This document shows positions 21,109 through 32,716 of a stretch of DNA of 64,000 nt, piece by piece (the stretch's first letter is position 1; each line of letters opens with the position of its first letter). The stretch lies in the NCBI GenBank assembly GCA_938082345.1, contig CALLKZ010000019.1, positions 1,538 through 65,537 of the forward strand, written 5' to 3'. Under the pieces are notes generated by a model. It made no database searches. It was not told the DNA's origin and saw nothing but the letters and a program-made list of their open reading frames with translations. This DNA comes from an uncultured Alphaproteobacteria bacterium (GTDB lineage Bacteria > Pseudomonadota > Alphaproteobacteria > Puniceispirillales > Puniceispirillaceae). Both the position numbers and the translations under genes were made by a program.

Positions 21109-21666
21109 CTAAAATTCGGCTGCGCGTACCTCACGCACTTCGGGGATATAATGCCGCAACATGTTCTCGATACCCATCTTCAATGTTGCGGTTGAACTAG
21201 GGCACCCCTGACAGGCACCGCGCATCTGCAAGGTGACCACACCATCATCGAAATCTTCAAAAACAATGTCGCCGCCATCCATCGCAACGGCGGGACGGAC
21301 ACGCGTATCAAGAAGCTGTTTGATCTGCTTGACCGTGTCACTGTCATCATCATCTGACGTATCGCCGCTGGTCTGATCCGCGGTCTCAACAACAGGCATA
21401 CCCGAGGCAAAATGTTCCATGATACCCGCCAGTATTGACGGCTTTAGTGCAAACCAATCCAGCTCTTCATTCTTGGTTACGGCAACAAAGTCACCACCCA
21501 GAAAAACCCCGGCAACACCGTCCACCTGAAACAGGCGGCGTGCCAGCGGTGAATTGCTGGCACTATCAGCAGCTGGATAATCAGCTGTACCAGCTTGCAT
21601 AACCGGAACCCCCGGAATGAATTTGAGAGTCGCCGGGTTAGGCGTATCTTGCGTCTGAATAAACAT
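21109..21666 (-). CDS. NifU/NfuA-family Fe-S cluster scaffold
   Basis: MFIQTQDTPNPATLKF (Nfu_N domain), VRPAVAMDGGDI, GACQGCPSS; GAGGGG SD upstream of ATG 21666. Confidence 0.93.
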   Translation of the reverse strand: MFIQTQDTPNPATLKFIPGVPVMQAGTADYPAADSASNSPLARRLFQVDGVAGVFLGGDFVAVTKNEELDWFALKPSILAGIMEHFASGMPVVETADQTSGDTSDDDDSDTVKQIKQLLDTRVRPAVAMDGGDIVFEDFDDGVVTLQMRGACQGCPSSTATLKMGIENMLRHYIPEVREVRAAEF

Positions 21667-22008
21667 CGCGTTTCCCCTCTTGGAATTATGTTGCTCTATA
21701 CAGTCTGGGACCTGTTCAGCCTTATGATAGAACTGCCCAAACTTATGTTTGAACCGGGCCCATGCCGGGTCCAATTATAAAATCTATACGGTCTTAACCG
21801 CACGGCGCGCGGCAGATAACACGCCATTTATAAGCCATTTTTGCCGATTGGTTTCTTATATGGTGGGACAATAGCATAATTCCATGGCAACTTTGTGTGA
21901 AAATTTTGGCAATCGCCAACTCTACACATTAGACTAATCCATCCGGCCTACATTTTCGGCCAATATTCGTTCCGCCAATCTGTTTAGGGCTGTTCCTTGC
22001 ATGGCGGG

Positions 22009-23046
22009 CTAGCTTTGCGGCCCCAAAAATCCAACAATCTGATGAACCTCTTCTAAAATAGGTGCGGCAATGGCCCGTGCCTGCTCGGCGCCTTGATCCA
22101 GAATTTTGTCAATTTCATCAGGATTCTCTAAAAGATCACGCATTTTTGCACCCATCGGGGCCAGCTTTGTTACCGCAAGCTCGGCGAGTGCAGGCTTGAA
22201 ATCACCAAATCCTCTTCCACCAAAATCAGCCAGCACCGTTGCCACATCACTATCCGCAAGGGCAGCAAATATCCCCACCAGATTTTGCGCTTCGCCGCGC
22301 CCATCCAGACCCTCTGGCTCAGAAGGTAGGGCGTCGGGGTCGGTTTTCGCTTTGCGAATTTTCTGCGCGATCAGGTCTGCATCATCCGTCAAGTTGATCC
22401 GCGAATTGTCCGAAGCGTCTGATTTACTCATTTTGGCACTGCCATCACGAAGGCTCATCACCCGTGTGGCACTGCCAAAAATCTGTGGCTCGGGAAGCGG
22501 GAAAAACGGCACATCATAGGCCATGTTAAAGGCCTGCGCGATATCGCGTGTAAGCTCAAGATGCTGTTTCTGGTCCTCGCCAACAGGAACATGCGTGGCG
22601 CGGTAAGCAAGAATATCGGCGGCCATAAGCACGGGGTAGGAATACAAACCAACCCGCGCATTTTCACGATTCTTTCCGGCTTTTTCCTTAAATTGCGTCA
22701 TCCGGTTCAACCAGCCCATCCGCGCCACACAATTAAAAACCCAAGCAAGCTGGGCGTGTTGCGGCACACGGGACTGATTGAACATAATAGAGCGTTCAGG
22801 CGAAATTCCGGCAGCAAGCAGGCTTGCCGCCACCTCGCGTGTGCTCTCACGAAGCTGGGCTGGGTCCTGTGCCACGGTAATTGCGTGAAGATCAACCACA
22901 CAATAGATCGATTCAAAACTGTCCTGAAGCGTCACCCAGTTGCGAATTGCACCAAGATAATTTCCCAAATGCAAATTGCCCGTAGGCTGAATTCCGGAAA
23001 AAATCCGGCCACTCGACTTGTTGGTTTTAGTCTGGCTATCGGTCAT
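22009..23046 (-). CDS. trpS: Tryptophanyl-tRNA synthetase
   Basis: [42 protein letters not shown]. Confidence 0.98.
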   Translation of the reverse strand: MTDSQTKTNKSSGRIFSGIQPTGNLHLGNYLGAIRNWVTLQDSFESIYCVVDLHAITVAQDPAQLRESTREVAASLLAAGISPERSIMFNQSRVPQHAQLAWVFNCVARMGWLNRMTQFKEKAGKNRENARVGLYSYPVLMAADILAYRATHVPVGEDQKQHLELTRDIAQAFNMAYDVPFFPLPEPQIFGSATRVMSLRDGSAKMSKSDASDNSRINLTDDADLIAQKIRKAKTDPDALPSEPEGLDGRGEAQNLVGIFAALADSDVATVLADFGGRGFGDFKPALAELAVTKLAPMGAKMRDLLENPDEIDKILDQGAEQARAIAAPILEEVHQIVGFLGPQS

Positions 23047-23097
23047 GTCCTGTCTCGTCTTTAACGAAGGTCACAAAATCAGCGATTGTTGATGGCG

Positions 23098-23126
23098 GTT
23101 ATCGTCGCTGACGCGGCGCGGGTCAA
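23098..23126 (-). promoter_or_regulatory. Candidate sigma70 promoter of trpS
   Basis: TTGACC-N17-GATAAC on the minus strand. Confidence 0.45.
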
Positions 23127-23165
23127 GCCCAACAGCCCAATATGGCGTATTTGTCGGGGTTGGGA

Positions 23166-24704
23166 TCATCCGCGAATAAGCTGCTGCGGAATCGCCTGCA
23201 AGATTTTTGCTATCACCAAATAGCCGCTACCGCCAGCCACCACTAAAATCACCAATTGCAACGCGCCAGCCAGCCCAGCAACAAGCGGGGCAAGCATCGT
23301 TAGACACAACACCATCACCGAGGTTGCAACAGCGATTCGGGCAATCAGGTTGCCAATCAAAATAAGCGATGCACCGTCAAAATAATCAGCTTTCACCACC
23401 GCAATCATCAAAACAAACGCCGCAAGCAAACCCGAAATTGACGTCGCAAGGGCCAACCCAATATGGCCAAATACCGGCATCATAACTAATGACAGCGCTA
23501 TATTGCAGGCAACCGCACCCGTCGAAACCAACAGCATAAATCCGGCACGATGCGCTGCGTAAAACGCTGCCTGCAGAATTTTGACAAGAAGATGCCCGGA
23601 CAGACCCACCGCATAGGCAGCCAGCGCAAATCCACTAGACCGGGCATCATCAGCCGTGAATGCGCCATACTGAAAAAGACCAGTGATAATCTGCGGGCCA
23701 ATAGCAATCATCGCAGCCGTCGCCGGAATGGTAAAAAAAGCGGCAAAACTGATCGCCTGCAACAAAGTTGCCTTGACCGGGGCAATATCTTTTTCGCGAA
23801 ACTGCGCCGAAAGCCGGGGCAACAGCGCCGTGCCAAGGGCAATACCAATTACCCCAAGCGGCAATTGCACGATGCGGTCGGCATAATACAGCCACGAAAT
23901 CGCCCCAACCGGCAAAAGTGACGCCAGAACAAGATCAACAATCAAATTGATCTGCATCGCGATAGCGCCGCCCGAAGCGGTTAAAAACCGCTTCCACATC
24001 AGCCGCGCTGCATTGGTTATCCGCGGCCATCGCCAATGCGGCAGAACCCGCGCGCGCCGCAGCACAAAAAACATCAGGCAAAGCTGTAAAAACCCCGCCA
24101 CCAAAAGACTGACCGCCAACGGCATCGCGCGTTCGAGTGCCAGAAATCCGGTTGCTACCGGAATAATCAACGCCCCGGAAATCAGACAGGCATTAAAAAT
24201 CAGCGGCATTGCTGCTGGAATCAAAAACCTGTCATGGGCATTGGCAATGGCCGCCCAGAACGCCACCAACGATATCATCGGCAAATAGGGAAAGGTGACG
24301 CGCGCCAACATTATCGCCGCATCCAGCCGGTCCGGCGTTGCAACAAACCCCGGAGCCAGCACCATGATAATCGACGGCATAAAAATCTCGGCAATGATAA
24401 CAAGGCAAATCAGCGCCGCCACCAGACTGGTCTGCACTTCGGCAGCCAGCGTCATGGCCGGGCCCGCACCGTCAGCTTTGCGAATATCGGCAAAAGTGGG
24501 AACAAATGCATTGGCAAGCGCGCCCTCTGCGGTAAGACGGCGGAACATGTTGGGAAGTTTCAGTGCCACAAGAAACGCATCTGCAGCAGGGCCCGCACCA
24601 AGTATGCCAGCAAAAACCACATCGCGCAAAAATCCAAAAATGCGGCTAAGCCCTGTCAACACACTGATCTGACGAAAAGCACCTCCAAATGAAATCACCT
24701 TCAT
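23166..24704 (-). CDS. murJ: Lipid II flippase MurJ (MviN)
   Basis: SRIFGFLRD, ADAFLVALKLPNMFRRLTAEGA, YYADRIVQLPLG; many TM segments. Confidence 0.96.
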   Translation of the reverse strand: MKVISFGGAFRQISVLTGLSRIFGFLRDVVFAGILGAGPAADAFLVALKLPNMFRRLTAEGALANAFVPTFADIRKADGAGPAMTLAAEVQTSLVAALICLVIIAEIFMPSIIMVLAPGFVATPDRLDAAIMLARVTFPYLPMISLVAFWAAIANAHDRFLIPAAMPLIFNACLISGALIIPVATGFLALERAMPLAVSLLVAGFLQLCLMFFVLRRARVLPHWRWPRITNAARLMWKRFLTASGGAIAMQINLIVDLVLASLLPVGAISWLYYADRIVQLPLGVIGIALGTALLPRLSAQFREKDIAPVKATLLQAISFAAFFTIPATAAMIAIGPQIITGLFQYGAFTADDARSSGFALAAYAVGLSGHLLVKILQAAFYAAHRAGFMLLVSTGAVACNIALSLVMMPVFGHIGLALATSISGLLAAFVLMIAVVKADYFDGASLILIGNLIARIAVATSVMVLCLTMLAPLVAGLAGALQLVILVVAGGSGYLVIAKILQAIPQQLIRG

Positions 24705-27538
24705 TCTGCTGCCTCGCCAAGCTGATCAAACACCTGCAGCAAACGATCACGGATGGTATCGAGGCGCGCCTGATTATGAACTTGCAGTCCGAACAAATCC
24801 TTCACATAGAACACATCAACAACGCGCTCCCCATAGGTGGACACCGTTGCCGTCTGAATTTGTAGGCCAAGCTCGGCCAGCGCATGCGTCAGCAGATGCA
24901 AAAGCCCCGGAAAATCCCGGCCATTCACCTCAATCACCGTATGTGTCGAGCTCAGCTTGTTTGAGACCATAACCCGCGACGGAACCGGCAAGTGGCGAAC
25001 ACGGGCCGGCAGTCTATGCCATCTCTCGCGAAGGGCTGCTTGCGGGCGCAACGTTCCGGTGACTGCCTTTTTGATCGATTTCTCCAATCCGCCCATAAGG
25101 CGTTGATCAGAAATCATCTGATTGTCCGAGGTCTGCAACATGAAAACGTCAAGAATTGTACCGTCTGAGCAAGTGGTAATGCGCGCGCCAGCAATGTTTA
25201 TTCCATGCCCTGCAACCGCTCCTGCAACCCGCGAGAAAAGCCCGGCATCATCAACCGTCAGCAAGGTCATCTCGGTTACGTTACGCGCAGGATCTTGACG
25301 GAAATCGGCCAGCAGGGGAACATCCATCTGCCGGAAAGCTTGGCTGAGGTTAGCGTGGCGGACATGAGCCTCAGTCTCGAAACCGGTCCAGTAGGCCTGC
25401 GGTAAATTGGCGGCGTGATCGGCAAAATCCTGATGGGACCAGCCGTCAAGCGCCGCTAGCGCCGCCTCTCTCGCTGCTTCGGCATTGCCTAGCGCAATCA
25501 CATTCGCATCAGCGCCCCGAAGAACGGCATCCGTCTGATAATAGAGATCACGCATCAAAGCAGCCTTCCAGCCATTCCAGACTGTTGGCCCAACACCTCT
25601 GATATCCGCTACCGTCAGAACAAGAAGAAGTTTCAGACGCTCAGGTGACTGAATGATAGCGGCAAAATCTTCAATCGTTTTTGGGTCATTCAAATCATAT
25701 CGAAAGGCTGTTTTGCTCATCAGCAAATGATGGCGCACCAGCCAGCTGACAGTTTCGGTCTCCTCCTGACTTAACCCCAGAACAGGACATAAATTCAACG
25801 CCAGCTCAGCCCCCAATATTGAATGATCCCCATTGCGACCTTTTTCCATATCATGCAGCAGCGCGGCAACAAACAGCGCCCGCCGTGATTCGATTTCCGG
25901 CATCACATTCGTTGCAACCGGCGCGGTATCAGCCAGTATTCCGGTTTCAATTTGATGCAAAACATCAATCACCTTGATCGTATGCTCATCAACCGTGTAG
26001 CTATGATACATATCGAACTGCATCATCGCCACGATCCGCCCAAAATCTGGCAAATATCGCCCCAAAACCCCGCTTTCATTCATCAGACGCAAGATACGTT
26101 CAGGATTATGGCGCGAGGTGAGAATTTTCAGAAATGTCTCGGATGCCTCGGGATTTATTCTGGTTGCGGGGCCAAGCGCAGGAAGACCGCGAGTGATCCG
26201 TTGCAGCGCCTGAGGGTGCAAATCAGCATTCTGTTCCAGAGCAAGATCAAAGATTGTCAGCATTCGCAGCGGATCATCGCGAAACATCAATTCAGGGTCG
26301 AGATTAATCCGGCCCGACCTGATGGTAAAAGATCCAAAATGCTGGCCTGGACGAAAATCTTCGCGCCAGACCGTGCGGCGCTTGCGAAAATCCATTTCCA
26401 TGGCAGCGCAAATGATCCGCGTGAGGTTTCCAACATCCCGCGCCGCCAGATAATAGCGCTTCATAAAACGCTCAACAGCACTCATCCCGCCCCGATCAGC
26501 AAACCCCATAAGCGGAGCAATCGCCATCTGAGCGTCAAAATCCAGCCGTTCATCAGCCCGACCTGACCGGAGATGAATATGACATCGCACCGTCCATAAA
26601 AAACGCTGCGCTGCGGCAAATCTACGAGCTTCGGTTTCACGAAGAATGCCCCGGTCAAGAATATCAACAAGGCTATCGACTCGGTAGGCGAATTTCGCAA
26701 TCCAGAACAATGTATGAAGGTCGCGAAGCCCGCCTTTACCCTCTTTGATATTCGGCTCAAGCATATAGCGCGTAGCCCCGTGTTTTTCGTGCCGCATATC
26801 GCGCTCAAGAAGCTTGGCTTCGAAAAACTCAACCGGTTTTATACGTCCAATTTCCCGCCAAAAAGCACGCTCAAGCTTGGCGTAAAGACCGGCATCGCCC
26901 GAAATAACCCGCATTTCCAAAAGCCCGGTCAAAGTCGCCTGATCTTCGCGTGAAGCTTTAATCGTATCGTTAACAGTGCGCTTGGCATGGCCGACTTTGA
27001 TACCTAGGTCCCACAACAGATATAGCATTTGCTCGACGACAAGATCGGGGCCTTTTTGCCGGGCTTTCTCGGTCACAAACAGCAAATCAATATCGGAATT
27101 GGGGGCAAGTTCACCGCGGCCATAACCGCCGACGGCAACCATGGAAATGCTGGTCACTTTGTGGCGTGCCATTAACGCGTCAAGAACCATACTCAACAAC
27201 TGATCCATTCCCCACGCGTGACGGCCAACATAAATGGCCCCGTCATGGGTGCTGGTCAATTCAGCCGCCAGCCGCGCCTTCATATCTTGATGTAGGACCT
27301 TGGCCGCCTTGACGAGACCGTTCTGAAACGCGGTATCAGATGCCTGATCCAATGCCGCCAACTCGCCGGCAAGATTCCCGGAAAAACCTCCCTTCTGGGC
27401 ATCATTATCGGCTAGGGGGCCGAATAGCGGATTGCCAGCCGCACGCGCCGCCTGCAAAGGTTGAATCCATTGCCACCACTGCATCTTAGGATTTTCGAGC
27501 CGTGCTGCCATCTGCATCACATTACTACCTTTTGCCAT
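24701..27538 (-). CDS. glnD: PII uridylyltransferase/uridylyl-removing enzyme (probable start 27538; track start 27580)
   Basis: AVGGYGRGELAPNSDIDLLF, EPNIKEGKGGLRDLH, HD domain (YTVDEH, LLHD), two C-terminal ACT domains. Confidence 0.96.
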   Translation of the reverse strand: MAKGSNVMQMAARLENPKMQWWQWIQPLQAARAAGNPLFGPLADNDAQKGGFSGNLAGELAALDQASDTAFQNGLVKAAKVLHQDMKARLAAELTSTHDGAIYVGRHAWGMDQLLSMVLDALMARHKVTSISMVAVGGYGRGELAPNSDIDLLFVTEKARQKGPDLVVEQMLYLLWDLGIKVGHAKRTVNDTIKASREDQATLTGLLEMRVISGDAGLYAKLERAFWREIGRIKPVEFFEAKLLERDMRHEKHGATRYMLEPNIKEGKGGLRDLHTLFWIAKFAYRVDSLVDILDRGILRETEARRFAAAQRFLWTVRCHIHLRSGRADERLDFDAQMAIAPLMGFADRGGMSAVERFMKRYYLAARDVGNLTRIICAAMEMDFRKRRTVWREDFRPGQHFGSFTIRSGRINLDPELMFRDDPLRMLTIFDLALEQNADLHPQALQRITRGLPALGPATRINPEASETFLKILTSRHNPERILRLMNESGVLGRYLPDFGRIVAMMQFDMYHSYTVDEHTIKVIDVLHQIETGILADTAPVATNVMPEIESRRALFVAALLHDMEKGRNGDHSILGAELALNLCPVLGLSQEETETVSWLVRHHLLMSKTAFRYDLNDPKTIEDFAAIIQSPERLKLLLVLTVADIRGVGPTVWNGWKAALMRDLYYQTDAVLRGADANVIALGNAEAAREAALAALDGWSHQDFADHAANLPQAYWTGFETEAHVRHANLSQAFRQMDVPLLADFRQDPARNVTEMTLLTVDDAGLFSRVAGAVAGHGINIAGARITTCSDGTILDVFMLQTSDNQMISDQRLMGGLEKSIKKAVTGTLRPQAALRERWHRLPARVRHLPVPSRVMVSNKLSSTHTVIEVNGRDFPGLLHLLTHALAELGLQIQTATVSTYGERVVDVFYVKDLFGLQVHNQARLDTIRDRLLQVFDQLGEAAE

Positions 27539-30278
27539 CTTTATTTGCCGTCTGATCAGCCAGCAATTCACGAAGCTCATAAATCAGGTCAAGCGCCTCT
27601 TTTGGAGCCATCAAATCAGGGTTGGCTGCCTCGAGCCGGAGACGCAGTGCATAATTAAAGTCATCTGGCGCAGCATTATCCGAACCGCTATTATTTAGGG
27701 CAAGATTATCCGCAGCATGTCCGCTTGCCTTATTATTTTCTGAAAAATCATGATCAAAAAGCGGCAGGTTCTCGACCAGCTTACTAGCATCAATGACGCC
27801 ATGCCCCCCGGATTCCATCTCGCTAAGTAGCGCCTGCGCGCGCGCAATAACACCAGATGGCAAGCCGGCAAGTCGCGCCACATGAACGCCGTAAGACCGA
27901 TCAGCCGCGCCATCAACAACCTGATGCAAAAAAATAATATCCCCCTGCCATTCACGAACCTTCATCGAATGGCACGATAGCCGGTCCAGCACATGCCGCA
28001 GATTTGTCAGCTCATGATAATGCGTTGCAAACAGCGTCCGGCAGCGATTTTGCTGATGAAGATGTTCCAGCGTAGCCCAGGCAATCGCCAACCCGTCATA
28101 GGTCGCTGTACCACGTCCGATTTCGTCCAGAATGACAAAGGAACGCTCAGTCGCGCGGTTCAAAATAGCCGCCGTTTCCACCATCTCAACCATAAAGGTC
28201 GACCGCCCACGCGCCAAATCATCGGCCGCACCAACACGGCTGAAAATCCGGTCGATAATACCAATTGTGGCAGATTCAGCCGGAACAAAAAGACCTGCCT
28301 GCGCCATGATTGCAATATGCGCATTCTGCCGCAAAAACGTTGATTTACCTGCCATGTTAGGCCCGGTTATCAGCCAGATATCCCCTTCATAACCAAGCTG
28401 GCATTCATTCGGAATAAAGGTTTCATCCGCGCTGAACATCTCCTCAATCACCACATGCCGGCCTTTGACGATATCAAAGCTTATATCGTCGCGGATTTCG
28501 GGCCGGCAAAAGCCGCCGCGCGCTGCAAGCTCGCCAGAGGCCATCGCCACATCCAGTCTGGCTAGGGCCCGCGCCGCTTCGGCCAGATCATCGGCATTGG
28601 CAAGCGCCACGTCACAAAGCCGGTGGAAAATTTCCATTTCTTTGACAAGCGCGCGGTCAGCCGCGGTGGACATATCGCGTTCCAGTTCGGCAAGTTCGGT
28701 GGTTGTAAAACGAACAGATTGCGCGTTTGTTTGACGATGAATGAACTGGTCATCTTCCATCAGCTTGTCAGCGTGCGTGTTGCGGACATCAATATGATAC
28801 CCCAGCACATTATTATGTTTCACCTTCAACGACGTGATGCCGGTTAAAGTGCAATAGCTTTGCTGCAACGCGGCAATCAGCCGCCGACTTTCGTCCCGCA
28901 ACCCGCGAAGCTCATCGAGAGCGGCATCATATCCTTGCCGCACGAACCCTCCATCACGCGCCAACAGGGGTAATTCATCGCCCAGCGCCGGACCCAACGT
29001 ATCAACCAATGGCACCGGCTTCATGATATTGTCATACAACGCAGCCAGATCGTCCAGATCACCGATTCCACCATTGCCCGCAGCGCCGCCCGTCGCCGCC
29101 CCAACCATGTCAGCCGCAATTGTCAGACCGCGCGAAAGCGCATCAAGGTCACGCGGACCGCCATGCCCCATCGATAAGCGCGACAACGCCCTGTCAATGT
29201 CGGGAAACCCCTTCATCATCCCACGGAGCGTTCCGCGCAAATCAGCATTGCTAACAAACCAGCTAACCAGATCATGCCGTCGCATCACCGCATCACGGTT
29301 GGCAAGCGGAGCCCCAATTCGCGCCGCCAAAAGCCGCCCGCCCGCCGCGGTCACAGTTTTGTCAATCGCCGCCAAAAGGCTGCCTTTGGTCTCTCCGGTT
29401 AGCGTGCGGGTGATTTCCAGCGAGCGCCGCGTCGCCGGATCAATTTCCAGATATTCACTTTCGCGCACAGCTTTCAGCGGCAGCAAACGCGGCATATTAC
29501 CTTTCTGCGTTAGATCAATATAGCCAAGCAACGCGCCTGCCGCACTAAGCATCGGGCGCGAAAACTGGCCAAATCCATCAAGGCTGGACACGCCGTAATA
29601 GCGCGTCAAGGCGCGCAAACCCGAAGGTGAATCAAACAAGGAAAGCGCCGCCTCACTGCAACAGATGCCCAGCGTCTCAGCACTTTCGGGAAACCCCATT
29701 CCGGCAGCGCTGATAAGTTCTGCCGGCAACAACATCGCCAGCACACCTTCCAAGCGTCCAGCTGATATTTCCTGAACCGAAAAATCACCAGTCGACATAT
29801 CCGCCCATGCCAACGCCATAACATCACCCGACCGGCCCAATGCAGCCAGATAATTATGCGCGCGGGGCGGCAGAAGATCATCCTCGGTCAGCGTTCCGGG
29901 GGTCAGGATTCGAATAACTTCACGGCGAAGCGGACCCTTACCACCGCGCTGCTTTTGTTCGGCCGGATCTTCGACCTGCTCGCAAATAGCAACCCGATGT
30001 CCAGCACCAATCAGCCGGGCTAGATATCCATCAACCGAATGCACTGGAACCCCGCACATCGGAATATCACCGCCATCGCTTTTGCCGCGCTTAGTCAGGG
30101 TAATTCCAAGAATGCCGGCACCGATTTCGGCATCCTCAAAAAACATTTCGTAAAAATCACCCATCCGATAAAAAAGCAAAGAATCCGGATGGGTCTCCTT
30201 AACGCGCATATATTGTGCGATCATCGGGGTCGGCGACTTTACTTTTGCTGTCGTAGATGTAGATAATGGCTCCGGCAT
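27525..30278 (-). CDS. mutS: DNA mismatch repair protein MutS
   Basis: TPMIAQY, FYRMGDFYEMF, GPNMAGKST, STFMVEM, DEIGRGT, ADRSYGVHVA. Confidence 0.98.
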   Translation of the reverse strand: MPEPLSTSTTAKVKSPTPMIAQYMRVKETHPDSLLFYRMGDFYEMFFEDAEIGAGILGITLTKRGKSDGGDIPMCGVPVHSVDGYLARLIGAGHRVAICEQVEDPAEQKQRGGKGPLRREVIRILTPGTLTEDDLLPPRAHNYLAALGRSGDVMALAWADMSTGDFSVQEISAGRLEGVLAMLLPAELISAAGMGFPESAETLGICCSEAALSLFDSPSGLRALTRYYGVSSLDGFGQFSRPMLSAAGALLGYIDLTQKGNMPRLLPLKAVRESEYLEIDPATRRSLEITRTLTGETKGSLLAAIDKTVTAAGGRLLAARIGAPLANRDAVMRRHDLVSWFVSNADLRGTLRGMMKGFPDIDRALSRLSMGHGGPRDLDALSRGLTIAADMVGAATGGAAGNGGIGDLDDLAALYDNIMKPVPLVDTLGPALGDELPLLARDGGFVRQGYDAALDELRGLRDESRRLIAALQQSYCTLTGITSLKVKHNNVLGYHIDVRNTHADKLMEDDQFIHRQTNAQSVRFTTTELAELERDMSTAADRALVKEMEIFHRLCDVALANADDLAEAARALARLDVAMASGELAARGGFCRPEIRDDISFDIVKGRHVVIEEMFSADETFIPNECQLGYEGDIWLITGPNMAGKSTFLRQNAHIAIMAQAGLFVPAESATIGIIDRIFSRVGAADDLARGRSTFMVEMVETAAILNRATERSFVILDEIGRGTATYDGLAIAWATLEHLHQQNRCRTLFATHYHELTNLRHVLDRLSCHSMKVREWQGDIIFLHQVVDGAADRSYGVHVARLAGLPSGVIARAQALLSEMESGGHGVIDASKLVENLPLFDHDFSENNKASGHAADNLALNNSGSDNAAPDDFNYALRLRLEAANPDLMAPKEALDLIYELRELLADQTANKDGKR

Positions 30279-30419
30279 GTTCGCCCTCTCAGTTCCCCTT
30301 TTCGTATGATAGCATCTAGGGATGAGTATGATACTAATTTCCAGTTATAGTGTTCCTATGATCAGACCTATTTAAGAAACGGAAAGACACCTCAAAACAG
30401 GATAAAGAAAATAACTGCA

Positions 30420-32684
30420 ATGAGCAAAAAAATGAACAAACTGGATGAAGAGGCTCTTGCCTTTCACGCCAATGGGCGTCCTGGCAAACTGGAAATCACG
30501 GCAACGAAGCCTTTGATGAGCCAGAATGATCTGTCGCTGGCCTATTCTCCTGGTGTTGCAGCCCCGTGTCTTGCCATCGAAAAGGACCCTGACGCCGCCT
30601 ATGATTACACGGCAAAGGGTAATTTGATTGCGGTTATTTCAAATGGCACAGCGGTTCTGGGTCTTGGCGATATAGGCGCGGCAGCGTCCAAGCCAGTGAT
30701 GGAGGGCAAGGCCGTCCTGTTCAAGAAATTTGCCGATATTGACGGGCTGGATCTTGAGGTTGATACCCGCGATACCGACAAATTCATCGAAGCTGTGGCG
30801 CTTTTAGCCCCGACTTTTGGCGGTATCAACCTTGAAGATATAAAGTCTCCCGAATGTTTCATCATCGAACAACAACTTCGCGAGCGACTGGATATTCCAG
30901 TTTTTCACGATGACCAGCACGGCACCGCAATTATCGCAGCCGCCGGAATGATCAATGCACTGCATCTAACAGGGCGTGACTTAAAAACCGTGAAAATTGT
31001 TTCCAACGGGGCCGGGGCCGCATCTATTGCTTGTGTTGAACTGATTAAAAGCATGGGTGTGCCGCACGAAAATGTAACGCTGGTTGATCGTGTCGGAGTG
31101 ATTTATCAAGGGCGCGAAGACTCGATGAATCAGTGGAAATCTGCGCATGCGATCCGTACCGATGCCCGCACACTGGCCGATGCCATAAAGGGGGCCGATA
31201 TATTTCTTGGTCTGTCGGTCGCCGGTGCGCTTAGCTCGTCGATGGTTGAATCAATGGCAGACCGCCCGATTATTTTCGCGATGGCCAATCCAGTTCCTGA
31301 AATTATGCCCGAAGAAGCCAAGGCCGTGCGCCCCGATGCAATCATTGCAACCGGTCGGTCTGACTATCCCAATCAGGTGAATAATGTTTTAGGATTTCCC
31401 TATATTTTCCGCGGAGCCCTTGATGTACGGGCCAGCAAAATTAACGAGGAAATGAAAATCGCTGCCGCTGAAGCCATTGCCATGCTGGCGCGCGAAGATG
31501 TTCCTGATTCGGTTGCTGATGCCTATGGCGGGCAGACGCTTCAATATGGTGAGGATTATATCATTCCGGCACCGTTTGATCCGCGGCTTATCTCAGCGGT
31601 TTCATCAGCCGTGGCAAAAGCTGCGATGAAAAGTGGTGTCGCCCGCAAACCAATTGATGATCTTGACGCCTATCGGCGTGAGTTATCGGCGCGCCTCGAT
31701 CCTACCGCATCAACCCTGCAAGTTATTTTTGACCGGATCAGCGCCAACCGCAAACGTGTGGTATTCGCCGAAGGAGAGGAAGAGCGCGTCATTCGCGCCG
31801 CGCTGGCCTTCCGCAATGCCGGTTTTGGTGATCCGATCCTTGTCGGGCGTGAGCACCGGGTCCGCGAGACTATTGAGCGCCTTGGGTTAGACGGGGCCGA
31901 GAATCTGCCTGTTATCAATGCCAAAGTTTCAGACCATAATGAGCAATATATCGATTTTCTTTATGAGCGTCTGCAACGCAAAGGAGCGCTTCGGCGTGAC
32001 TGTCAGCGGATGGTGAATCTGGACCGTAATGTCTTTGGCGCCTGCATGGTTCTAAAGGGACATGCCGATGCGATGGTCACCGGCGTGACGCGGTCCTTTC
32101 AGCCAAGCTTTGAGCATGTGACCCGGGCAATTTCACCGCAAGAAGGCAAGGATTTCGTAGCCACTTCGATGATTGTTTCCAGAGGGCGCACCGTGTTTAT
32201 CGGCGATGTATCGGTGCATGAACGCCCGAATGGTGAGCAGATTGCCGATATTGCCGAGGCAATTGCCGCCAAAGCACGCCAGATGGGCCACACGCCGCGT
32301 GTTGCCATTCTGTCCTTTACCAATTTCGGTAATCCCGATTCCGAGATTACCTTCGAAGCCCGCCGCGCCGTAGAGATTTTGGACGAACGCAAACCGAAAT
32401 TTGAATATGACGGCGAAATGTCTGTTGATGTCGCCCTTGATTATGACCTAATGAAGCAGCGTTACCCGTTCTGCCGTCTGTCAGGTCCGGCCAATATTTT
32501 GGTAATGCCCGGGCTGCATTCTGCGAATATATCTTTCAAGCTGATTCAGAATTTGACCGAAGGGTTGGTTATCGGGCCAATCATTCTGGGGGCCGAAAAA
32601 CCATTCCAGATTGTACAGATGGGCGCCTCGGTCAATGATTTGGTGCAGGCAGCGGCTTTTGCGGCCTATGAAGCCCTGCGTTAA
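30420..32684 (+). CDS. maeB: NAD(P)-dependent malic enzyme with C-terminal phosphotransacetylase-like domain
   Basis: [49 protein letters not shown]; PTA-like second half (VVFAEGEE). Confidence 0.93.
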   Translation: MSKKMNKLDEEALAFHANGRPGKLEITATKPLMSQNDLSLAYSPGVAAPCLAIEKDPDAAYDYTAKGNLIAVISNGTAVLGLGDIGAAASKPVMEGKAVLFKKFADIDGLDLEVDTRDTDKFIEAVALLAPTFGGINLEDIKSPECFIIEQQLRERLDIPVFHDDQHGTAIIAAAGMINALHLTGRDLKTVKIVSNGAGAASIACVELIKSMGVPHENVTLVDRVGVIYQGREDSMNQWKSAHAIRTDARTLADAIKGADIFLGLSVAGALSSSMVESMADRPIIFAMANPVPEIMPEEAKAVRPDAIIATGRSDYPNQVNNVLGFPYIFRGALDVRASKINEEMKIAAAEAIAMLAREDVPDSVADAYGGQTLQYGEDYIIPAPFDPRLISAVSSAVAKAAMKSGVARKPIDDLDAYRRELSARLDPTASTLQVIFDRISANRKRVVFAEGEEERVIRAALAFRNAGFGDPILVGREHRVRETIERLGLDGAENLPVINAKVSDHNEQYIDFLYERLQRKGALRRDCQRMVNLDRNVFGACMVLKGHADAMVTGVTRSFQPSFEHVTRAISPQEGKDFVATSMIVSRGRTVFIGDVSVHERPNGEQIADIAEAIAAKARQMGHTPRVAILSFTNFGNPDSEITFEARRAVEILDERKPKFEYDGEMSVDVALDYDLMKQRYPFCRLSGPANILVMPGLHSANISFKLIQNLTEGLVIGPIILGAEKPFQIVQMGASVNDLVQAAAFAAYEALR

Positions 32685-32716
32685 GAAACAATATTCTGCG
32701 CTGGAAATAGGTAGTT

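Noticed and set aside
21667-22008. 342-bp trpS-nfuA spacer as a possible gene remnant or sRNA
   Set aside because: No convincing ORF, stable structure or homology by eye; only a weak TTCACA-N17-TATGCT promoter candidate.
27525-27580. Apparent 56-bp mutS/glnD overlap
   Set aside because: This is an artefact of the longest-ORF start call. ATG 27538 gives an ordinary 14-bp overlap.
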